This document shows positions 54,638 to 64,000 of a stretch of 64,000 bases of DNA, piece after piece (within the stretch, counting starts at the first letter, position 1; every line of letters begins with the position of its first letter). The position numbers were made by a program, and so were the translations under genes. Under the pieces are notes generated by a model. That model was given only the letters and a program-made list of their open reading frames with translations, ran no database searches and was not told the DNA's origin. This DNA is from Rhynchopus sp. YZ270_cl-10 (lineage: Eukaryota): the NCBI GenBank assembly GCA_964035575.1, contig OZ037833.1, positions 806,001 through 870,000 of the forward strand, written 5' to 3'.

Positions 54638-56319
54638 CATACAAGTATAACGGCCGTCACGACGGGAAAAATTTTTTTTTGTCGGGGAGGTCACGGCCGT
54701 GAAGAAATTCTGAAAAATTTAACGGCCGTGAAATTTTGCATTGATCACGGCCGTGAAATATTTCCACGCTTTTTGCTTGTTTCTTCTTTTTCGTTCGTAG
54801 ACAGGGCCAACCCCCTTTCCCATCCCTCCCAAGTCATTCTTGGGGGGTAAAAGCAACATAAAAAGTGCAAAAAAAAGTCGGCCCCACTGCGATCGGGAAG
54901 CTGACGACACGAATGAGCACTTATGGTGGTCCTGCCCTGCCTGCGATGCTATACGCTCAGATCCTAGTTTCCACTCCGTCACAACTGCTGACAGGTCGCC
55001 GTGGCCTAACTGTGTGTCGAACTGTGGAGTTATCCCTACTGCCCTGAAGGACAGTATTGATGCTACCTCCAGCGTCTGATGGGGAGCATCCTCATACACC
55101 GGTTGTCTCTGAACAACAGCCTCCGTATCAACAATCTGCCAGTCACGCCTGGAGAAGTTTTTGGGGTGCCTCGGAGGTCTTTATACAATGCAATGTGCCC
55201 TAGTTTCGAGTACGAAACGTTTCTCCATGTATTGCACGGGAAACAATATGACAAACAGGTGCAGGGTGGTTCCGTGCTTATCATAGAACCTGGCACCTTG
55301 TGTGTCTCCCAAAGACCAAAAAAGCGTTGTGTGAAGTTTTGAAGGAAGGAAAAATAAAACGTATCAACAATCTGCCACTCACGCCTGGAGAACAGCTCAG
55401 CTGCAACCTTTGTTCCGTCCCCACTATGACTTCGACCGGATTCCACTCTCACAGGAAATGGACTTATCCAAACCATCACCTGCGTGCCCTGCTGCGCTCC
55501 TGGCTCACCTCACTGCGCTGGTCTCCCGCTGCCCGCCCACATTTTCACCCTACTGTGAATTGTAGTTGGAGCGTGTGGCATTTCTGAGCACGTGTACGTG
55601 CTCCCGGTTCTTCAGAGTAGCATATTTCTCGTGTTTCAGCACTTGTAACCGGTTCTTGAGCAAAGTACTCTTCTCATATTTGATGGGCTTTCCGTTGTGG
55701 AGCACACCTCAATACTGTGAGACGAACCTCATCTGTGTTGAACCATTTGCGGTGTTCTTCTCGGGCAAAGACTACTAAGAGGTTATGAGACGCTCGGGAT
55801 GCTGCGAATTCAGTATGCAGAACTGAAAGGCAGTGTTGAAACCAGAAGATTACAGATGGCGGGTCAGACGCTGTGTCACTTACCCCATCAGGTAGATGAG
55901 AGCCAGCACCTTCAGAGCAGTGAACACAACACACAGTGGACACAATACATGTGCCAAAAGGCAACAAAACCCTACAAGGAGTACCCAGTACCCAGCGCAG
56001 TTTTCTGTGCGATATCACTTAACCGGTCCTCTCCTGCCCTACCCTCCTTTTCTTCAGGGGTAAAAATCAGGTGGGTTGTGGGAATAGGGGGAAATGGGTG
56101 GGGTTTGGTCTGTACATTCCTATCCGGCTCACTGTGTGTTCCTTCAAAGACTTGTACAAAAATTTCACGGCCGTTGTTTTTTTTTAACGGCCGTGAAATT
56201 TTTGTACATAAAAAGGGCGCTTTTTTTTCACGGCCGTTTTTTTTATATTTTTCACGGCAACGACGGCAGTGGGTCGAGCATTTTTTTTTCATTTCCGTGA
56301 CGTCCGTTTTACTTGTATG
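54638..56319. mobile_element. 1.7-kb non-autonomous TIR element, CATAC...GTATG termini, 6-bp TSD TTCTCT
   Basis: TTCTCT|CATACAAGTATAACGGCCGTCACG ... CGTGACGTCCGTTTTACTTGTATG|TTCTCT; subterminal ACGGCCGT palindromes at both ends. Confidence 0.88.
54875..55079 (+). pseudogene. Remnant of a non-LTR retrotransposon ORF2 C-terminal zinc knuckle
   Basis: PHCDREADDTNEHLWWSCPACDAIR...WPNCVSNCGVIP resembles the C-x2-C-x8-H-LxW-x-CP motif found downstream of LINE reverse transcriptase; the first Cys is missing. Confidence 0.6.
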
Positions 56320-56323
56320 TTCT

Positions 56324-56361
<38 letters not shown>

Positions 56362-56371
56362 GATTCTACAG

Positions 56372-58020
56372 TGGGGTGTTCCGGGGTGTGGAATTTTGGG
56401 CACGTTCACAAGTTTTCACAAGTTTTCACAACATAGTATTTGCCATTTTTATGTGAAGAGTTGTGAAAAGTTGTGAAGAGTTGTGAATTGAAATGAAAAT
56501 TTGGATGAAAAAAACACAGATGTTGTGAAGAGTTGTGAACAGTTGTGAAGAGTTGTGAATTGGATTAAAAAAAAGGTTGCACGGTTGCCACGTCCTGGGC
56601 TGGACGTTAAATTGCATCCGGGGGCCCTTTTGTGGCACTCCTCCTGAAACTCTATGAAGGTCTGACCTGAGGGTAAAAGGTGCTGGGTATGCTACCCTGG
56701 GTGCTGAAGGCAGGCACACAACATGTGTGGAGGGACCTGCAGAGCCCTAGCCAGTGAAGCCAAGGAGGCCCCCCTAGGAAACTAGGGAACGGATTGGAAG
56801 AGACCTCGCCGGTAGCCGGGAACCCTCCCTGGGCTAGTACAATGATGAAACTTCAATCTAAAGTCCACACCCATGTGGCGGCCGCTTTGGCATGCGTCTG
56901 TAAGGACAGCCTTGACTGATACTTTCTGTATTAGCACACGATTGCCTCCCTGAAGGCTACGTAGCTACCTGAGTACAAAAAAAAAAAGGGGGGCTTTTTT
57001 TCCAGGGTTTTTTGCAGGACTGGTCAGGTCAAGTGTGCTGTGCACAGGGCTAGCTAGCGTGGGTCCGTGGGTCAAGCCGTACCACCCCACCCCCTGTGCG
57101 AGGAGGACGACGGAAGTCCGCGGCTAGTTCGCTTGTTGTCTTTTTTTTTTTCAACATGTTCGCAACTCATAAAAAAGTAGCGTACCGTGCGCCTGCGGCG
57201 CAGCTAAAAATTCCGAGTGGTAGCCCGCAGGTCTACCCGAAATGTTGCGCACCTTGGCTTCGCCAGAAAAGTTTTGGTGCTATTTTTGCCAGGGGGTGAC
57301 CTGTTTTGCTTGCTCTGAGCTGGGGTCTAAACGGGAGACTATACTAGATACGACGACACCCACTTCGAAAAGTGGGTGATCCCTTGCTGCTGTCCCCAGT
57401 TTTTTGTCAGAGGGGAAAGAAGGTTTCAACGCTCCCAAGGCCCACCCACAAGACCTGTCAACTCCCTTGGGTCGAGAGCCTCCAGGGCCCTCCTCATAGT
57501 TTCGAGAGCTTGACGAGTGCTCCTCGTTTAGTGTTGAAGCCAAACCGGATTTTGGGGACAATTTTATCCGAAAATGGCCCCGCCTATTAATGACCGGGCT
57601 CATATTTTCCAAAAATTTAAGTGGTCATAAAATTGTCCAATTTTCAACATTGACCCCACCACTGCACGGGCGGATCCCAAAAATGCAAACCGATTAAAAA
57701 GTTGAAAAAAACACCTAAAAACACGTGGCCCGAAAGGGCCCAAATTGTCGGGTCAGCCACACCGTTTTAAGCACTTTTTGCACACAGAACCGCCTGTGTT
57801 GCCAAACAACGTCCGCCAAGGTGCCCTGTACCTACCTGGGTAGGTGGGTGCCCAGGCACCACCCAGACCTCGCCACGTCACAACTGTTCACACTGTTCAC
57901 AACTTTTCACAACTCTTCACAACTCTTCACACGCACTTTTTTGTGAAGAGTTGTGAAAAGTTGTGAAGAGTTGTGAATTGAAATGAAAATTCCCAAAATT
58001 CCATACCCCGGAACACCCCA
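56372..58020. mobile_element. 1.65-kb non-autonomous TIR element, TG...CA termini, 5-bp TSD TACAG
   Basis: TACAG|TGGGGTGTTCCGGGGTGTGGAATTTTGGG ... CCCAAAATTCCATACCCCGGAACACCCCA|TACAG; subterminal TTGTGAAGAG repeats. Confidence 0.9.
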
Positions 58021-60597
58021 TACAGGATATTAACACCACCTTGCCTCACGCCGCCCTATGACGGATCACATAGTGGTGCTTTGGGGAATCGGCCAACGAC
58101 CTGTCAGGGACGTGTCAATATCGACCCCTCCCGGAGCACCACACATAGGTGTGTTTTTCTTCCACCATCACCCACCAAAGTAGACGCTATCTACCGGTAG
58201 ACTTTTCCCAAACCTTTCTTTTTTTCCTTTTTTCCTTTTTTCAAATTTTCTATGTACAAAAATAATCATTTCCTTTGGGGGTGGGGCAGGGGGGGGTAGG
58301 GGGGAGGAGAGCGGAGGACCCATATTTTTTTTTTCGAGATCGTAACAGGGTTCGATCAAATTATGAGAGAGGACTCCGAAAACGGATGGATACATTGCCA
58401 CAACACTGAAACAATACCCAGTATACCCAGCATGAAGCTGTCCGTAATAATCTACTCGGTCTTTTTTTTTTTTCGTTGACCGCAGCCATTTAGGCTCTTT
58501 GCCCCTGAGTGAACGTAGGAACATAGGAAGACACGCAGCTCGCCCCTCCCCTCAACTCTTACAGTATGAGCAGTGTTTGTCTTTGTCTTGCCCCCTCCTT
58601 TCTCTAGTGGTGGCTGTACTGTGGTATTATGTAGTATCATGGGCAATTACCACAATACAGCCATTATTCTTCTTCCTCGACACACCATTTCAATATCAAT
58701 AAAATACAGCTCATAGTTGTGTTTTGTGTGCTTTTTTCTGTTGTCTTTTTTTTTATAATACACATAGTCCCTCCGTATCTATTCTTCAGTTTTTTTTTTT
58801 TTTTTTTGCAGTTCGTTTCAGACTCTCCGCTAGGATTTCCGATTTTGAAAATATTCTGTTGATGGTCCACGTTGGTGGGGTACATGCTTGCGCCGCAGGC
58901 TCACGGTACGCAACTTTTTTTTTTACCAACGCCCGATTTTGACTTTTTTGGGACGTTTGAGCACTCACCTCTCCATATCTTCTTCTCCTGAGCTTTTTTG
59001 ACAGGTAGAACGGGTCTGAACCACTTAGCAGAACTTTTTTTTTTTTTCTTTTTTTCCCCATTTTCAAAAAGTTCTGTTGACAATCAACAGAACTTTAGTA
59101 CCTAGCGGAGTGCCTGGTTCGTTTTGCATTTTTTCGCGGGTTGAGAAAAGACTATCTTTTTGGATTTTTCATATTTCAAAAAAAGACGAAGTCTTGGAAA
59201 AAAAATAAAAAAGATTTCCCCCAACCAGGCTTCGCGCTAACTTTTGGAAAAAAATCTGAAAAATCGTGTTTCGGGACCAAAAAAACGCACCTCAAATAGT
59301 TGTGCGTCAGGGGGTGAAAAAACAGTGTTTTGTGGCATTTCCGAGCCAATCCCGCGTTGTGGTGGGGCATATTCGGGAAAATGGACAAAATATGAACCCA
59401 TACTCTTAAACAAGGGGCATTTTCAGGTCTGAAAACCCAAATTCAGATGAAATTGTGGTGTTTTGACTGGGAACAGGTAGTGCCGCAGGCGCACGGTACC
59501 CAACTTTTTTCGTTTTATTTTCCCCTTTTTTCTGCTTTCTTTTGATTGCACGAGCCGATTGCTCTCCACGGTGGGGTCACATGTGTGCGCAAAAACACTC
59601 TAAAGTACTCTTACTCTGAACGATGAGATTCCTCTGGTTTTAGTAAGGAACCCCCTGTTTGCAAAAAGTGCGTAAATTTCCTGTGGCTTTTTCCCGCCAA
59701 GAGGTCGTTTTGTTGCATTTCCGAACCAATCCCGGATTGTGGTGGGGGATGTACGGAAAAATGGACAAAAATGCAGCGACTTAAAATTTGACAAAACCTG
59801 AGCCCATACTCGTAAACAAGGGTTATTTTCAGGTCTGAAAACCCAACGTACTGAAGAAGCTATCGGTAACGTAGTGATGGCGGTGGGGTTTCAGTGACCA
59901 CAGAGAAGAGTGAGAAAACCCAGGACGGTTATGGCCTCGGAGGGGGTGTGCCCCATGGCGTCCTAATCAATCTTTATCCGTGAGGGAGGGGGGATCATCC
60001 TCAGGGGGGATGTGGTGCCGTACTCAAAATAAAATGAACTGTACATAAGTACATCGTGTTTAAACATAAAGGAGGGTAGGAACAGGTAGCGCCGCAGGCG
60101 CACGGTACCCAACTTTTTTCTTTTTTTCTTTTCCCTTTCTCTGCTTTCTTTTGATCGCGCGAGCCGATTGCTCTCCACGGTGGGGTCACATGTGTGTGTG
60201 AAAACACTCTAAAGTACCCTTACTATGAAATATGAGATTCTCTGGTTTTCTTAAGGAAACCCCGGTTTGCAAAAAAAAAACGCACCACAAAAATATCCAA
60301 AAATCCCGGGACAAAGGACAGAAGTTAGCGCAAAGCCTGCCCCCAACCCATGTTTTTTTTTTTGAAAACTTGGTTTGTATTAGTGTAGCCACCCTAGAGT
60401 GTGCTATATTTTTTTGCTATTTCCCGCTCCCGCTCCCCTTTCTCGTATCCTGCAATGACATGGATCGCCGTCGCAGATTATATTCCAATTTTTTTCCGTT
60501 GAAAAACAAAAACAAAAACAAAAAGGTTGTGGGTAGGAGTTCCTTCACAACCGCTCGAAAAACACACCACTGCTTTTTCCCCCCAAGCCTAAATGGC

Positions 60598-60628
<31 letters not shown>

Positions 60629-61045
60629 ATCAAACAAACAACCTTGGTAAGAGGTCCTAAGTCTATGCTTAGTCCCCTGAAAATAAATAACTAAGAACGC
60701 GAAGTTGAAGTACCAACCCCGCCTCAGACTTACTACATTCCTCCTCCTCCTCCACCTGCAAAAAAAAGGATACATTTTTTTTATAGCACCGACAATCACC
60801 CATCCGAGGACGGGTTTTCTACACAACGTTGAAAGGCTAATGAATTCATTTATTTTTTGTTGTGTCGACAATCACCTGCTAGTGCAGGATCTGTACTCAA
60901 TGTCGCCCGAAGGCCTTTTGTACTTAAAAGATATAGACGGAGGTCGTCCTCAACTCTGGAAAGTCGCTTTTATTTGTTGTTTTTGCATTCGAGTGCTGTA
61001 ATATTTTTTTTTTTTTCGACCCCTTTTTTTTCCCCCCCTCTTTTC

Positions 61046-63364
61046 TCAGTATTCATCATCCGCGTCGTCCTCTTCCACCACATCGTCTCCTTGGAACTGC
61101 GCACGGTACAGATCTGCGATTTGCTTCGAAGACGTTGCTTCTGTAGGGTTCTTATCGGCTCTGGTTCTGATGTATCTTGGAAATCTCAATGCAATCCCTT
61201 TGGTCGGATCCACCAACCCCATTGCCGCAACATGCCGTGGACTGATTGACAAATCGGCAGCCTTAACCTCCCACACTGTTTCATCAGTGAACCACACATC
61301 AGGCTCTTCACCCCCACCAACCTGATAGCTTACCGGACGAGAGGGCGAAATATGCTCCTGAAGTTGTGTCGTCAACCCTTCCAAATCTTCATCCTTAAAC
61401 CCAGTACCTACCTTGCAGATAGCTTGAAACCCTTCTGTCTCAGGGTCATAGCAAGCCAGAAGATAGGCAGAGTAAACTCCAGTTCTTTTCCCCTTACCAT
61501 GCCAGGCACCGATCGGGACCAGGTCGACACTGTCCCCTACCCCCTCGATGTAGTCCTTCTTTAGTTTGAGCCAGTTGTAGGTCCGTCGGGAGGGGGTGTA
61601 TTGTGAGTTTTTTGTCAGGGTTTTGATCATGAGGCCTTCGCAGTTTGCCTTGAGAGATTCTGCGAGGAAGATTTCGATGTCTTCAGCCTCGGTGCAATCC
61701 TTTCCGGTGGCAAAGGTGAAAAACCCGCTGACCTCATTGAACGCACCGTGCAGGGCAACTCTCCTCTCTGTCAGCGATTTTTCCAGCAGAGATTCGCCAT
61801 TGAGAAATAAGATATCAAAGGCATAAATGCACACAGGGACCTTAACGTCTGCGAGGCTCACATCCTTTCTTGCACGTCCCTGAAGAACCTGAAATGGTTT
61901 GATTGATCCGTCCTCCTTGTCATATGCAACCACCTCGGAGTCGATGATGAAGGAGGTCACATTATCCCCAACAATCGGCTCTGTCGCGAATGAGTGGATC
62001 ACATCAGGGTACTTTGTTGTATGATTTTCTGAGTTGCGCGAGAAAATCCGCACCATAGCCTGGCTCGCACCCGGCTTCTTTGAATAGTGAATCTGCGCAC
62101 GTTCCCCATCATATTTGTATTCACAGGTAAAGTCTCCGTCGGTGAAGCGCTTCAGAATATGCGACACCCCCTTCGTCGGCTTGGCCAGCATAGGTTTGAC
62201 GGGGAGGTTCAGCGTTAAGGTGACCTGCTCTAATGCTGCGAGACCACCGCTGATGAGATTGGGAATGATGTAGTCGAAGGAGGGCATTTCGTTGAAGGCC
62301 TGCTTCAAGCGGTCGGAGGTTGTGTTCATGAGGGATTGTGCCTTTGCGTCGGAGAGCTTTGTTAGATCCACTTCGACTGCAAGAAATGCATGTGCCACAG
62401 CCATCAGAACCGTCATTTCAGCCAACCCAATCCGCATCTTACCCTGCAAACACCGAATCAAAAAATTCGCCTCAATAGGCTGAGAACTTCTCATCATTTT
62501 TGATATCCAATCGGACCGTCTCTTCTGTACCTCCTTTCCACTCTCCATCGCAACCTGCTTCAATGTAGCAAACACATGAGTGATCGTTAACGGCTTTGGT
62601 TTCAAAAGCATCTGCTGGTTTGACTTCGTATTCTGTGCAATCTCCGCCAGATCTCCCCCTTTTTTATATTTCTCCCGGATTTTCGCTTCGCTCAACCCAC
62701 CTCCTGCGGCAATGCATTTAATCAAGAAGGCGTCTCCGATGCCTAGCTCAACTCCCTCTACGGCAGGTGCAAGCTTGTTGAGGGAAAGGTAGACTGCAGG
62801 GAGAACAGCTTCGGGGGCAGTTTCGATGAGGGTGATCAAACATTGTGTCATGAGTGTGGAAACCTCTAGTCTCGCGGATACCGCCGACACCTCTGTCAAT
62901 GTGTCCGCAAGATAGAAATACGGAACCGGATTCCCTGCCTCCCACGACATCTTTTTCGGGTTTTTCACCGCATTTTTCAGCATTTTTGCGTGATTCAGAG
63001 CAACCGGGAGTTTGTCCTCCGCAACCTTCGCAACATCCAAAAACTTCGGTTTTGGTGATAATTTCTTAAACGCATCGCGTTTTTCTTTGCGAAATGCTGT
63101 TCTCACCGTATCAGGGTTTTCTGTAGGGGAACGTGCCCTTTTGGTTCCCTTCGGGGGTGATGCGGTTGAAGCGTTAGGTGATGCAGTAGGTTCGGGGGCT
63201 GGCGGGGGAGTTTCTAGAGTAGGCACAACAGCGTCGGCAGCAACGAGAAGTGCTTCTGTTTCGGTCTGTTTACGTCCAGGTGAGGCAGGTTTCGGTGCAG
63301 GTTTGGCTCCAGCTCCTTTAGCAGCCTTCTTAAACATGCCCGCCAGCGAGAGTTGGCGGCTCAT
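61046..63364 (-). CDS. LIG1: DNA ligase I (ATP-dependent), 772 aa, intronless
   Basis: CEYKYDGERAQIH (motif I), FIIDSEVV, YAFDIL, CEGLMIK, WLKLKKDY, ALRFPRYIRTR; DNA-binding domain ELGIGD/KMRIGLAE; N-terminal PIP-box-like QLSLAGMF. Confidence 0.98.
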   Translation of the reverse strand: MSRQLSLAGMFKKAAKGAGAKPAPKPASPGRKQTETEALLVAADAVVPTLETPPPAPEPTASPNASTASPPKGTKRARSPTENPDTVRTAFRKEKRDAFKKLSPKPKFLDVAKVAEDKLPVALNHAKMLKNAVKNPKKMSWEAGNPVPYFYLADTLTEVSAVSARLEVSTLMTQCLITLIETAPEAVLPAVYLSLNKLAPAVEGVELGIGDAFLIKCIAAGGGLSEAKIREKYKKGGDLAEIAQNTKSNQQMLLKPKPLTITHVFATLKQVAMESGKEVQKRRSDWISKMMRSSQPIEANFLIRCLQGKMRIGLAEMTVLMAVAHAFLAVEVDLTKLSDAKAQSLMNTTSDRLKQAFNEMPSFDYIIPNLISGGLAALEQVTLTLNLPVKPMLAKPTKGVSHILKRFTDGDFTCEYKYDGERAQIHYSKKPGASQAMVRIFSRNSENHTTKYPDVIHSFATEPIVGDNVTSFIIDSEVVAYDKEDGSIKPFQVLQGRARKDVSLADVKVPVCIYAFDILFLNGESLLEKSLTERRVALHGAFNEVSGFFTFATGKDCTEAEDIEIFLAESLKANCEGLMIKTLTKNSQYTPSRRTYNWLKLKKDYIEGVGDSVDLVPIGAWHGKGKRTGVYSAYLLACYDPETEGFQAICKVGTGFKDEDLEGLTTQLQEHISPSRPVSYQVGGGEEPDVWFTDETVWEVKAADLSISPRHVAAMGLVDPTKGIALRFPRYIRTRADKNPTEATSSKQIADLYRAQFQGDDVVEEDDADDEY

Positions 63365-64000
63365 GACAAAAGCCTTTTAAATTTTGTTTTTCTGTGGTTA
63401 AGATTTTTTTTGAAATTTGGAGGGGGGGAAAAGGGGGTGGGAGGGAGGAAAAAAATAAGCTGCTTTTTATATCTCGAGACAATAGGTATTGTTTTGTTTT
63501 TTTGTTTGCTTTTTTTTAAAATACAGTTCTTTCCGGGAAGTGATTCACATAGAATATTAGATAACCGGTTTCATGTGAATGCAACAGGGGGGTAGAGGGG
63601 GAGAAATTTCTTTTTTGGGAGGTCATAAAAATAATGGGCTTAAAACACACAAAAAGCTTATCAGATGAATCTAAGCACCCCTCTTGTGTTTAGTCATCCT
63701 CAAAAAAAAAAGGTGGGGGGGAAAGGTAGTCGTTAATGAACACCCTCCTTAATGAGTGAAGCTCAATAAGGATTGAGACGGATACAGGCCTAATGCTAAC
63801 TTTGGGGGAGGGGGGAAAAAAGTGAACCGACGGAAAAAAAAAAAAAAACGAAAAAAAAAAATTCCTCCCCTCCTCCGGGAAGGGGTCCAGGGTTTTCGCT
63901 TATCTTCATGAAAAAAAATTTTCCCCAAAATCGTGAAGATATGTCCAAAAAGGGGTCAAAAATTTTTTTTTCGCGCTCCGCGCGAAAAGGTCCGTTCATT

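Noticed and set aside
33475..64000. Inverted copies at ~33475-33600 and ~63888-64000 as the ends of one 30-kb element
   Set aside because: The left copy lies inside a separately bounded hAT-like element and the right copy is cut by the window edge; best read as dispersed copies.

Overview
Eukaryotic genomic DNA, most likely from an intron-containing euglenozoan (diplonemid-like; inferred from the KAP-type genes, GT-AG introns and the fact that every recognisable gene is on the minus strand). (1) <1-19307: one uninterrupted minus-strand ORF of more than 6,400 codons, missing from the ORF track because it runs off the window edge. It encodes a giant acidic protein built from shuffled repeat modules, with coiled-coil blocks and TQT motifs. 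(2) 19.8-25.9 kb: nested mobile DNA, including a foldback TIR element interrupted by a degenerate split-direct-repeat (tyrosine-recombinase-type) retroelement that carries a minisatellite. (3) 25952-28132: a two-exon hypothetical gene. (4) 28.8-42.4 kb: a tandem array of five mitochondrion-targeted Lys/Ala-rich genes with HMG-like C-termini (KAP/H1-like) and variable repeat tracts. (5) 42.8-54.1 kb: a probable three-exon twin-CX9C (CHCH) gene, not called by the track, whose introns hold piggyBac-type and other TIR elements and GTAC-core microsatellites. (6) 61046-63364: DNA ligase I. Intergenic DNA is crowded with non-autonomous TIR elements in distinct terminus/TSD classes: CAGG with 8 bp, TTAA, TA, CAT..ATG with 6 bp, and TG..CA with 5 bp. 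All calls were made by eye; no searches were run.
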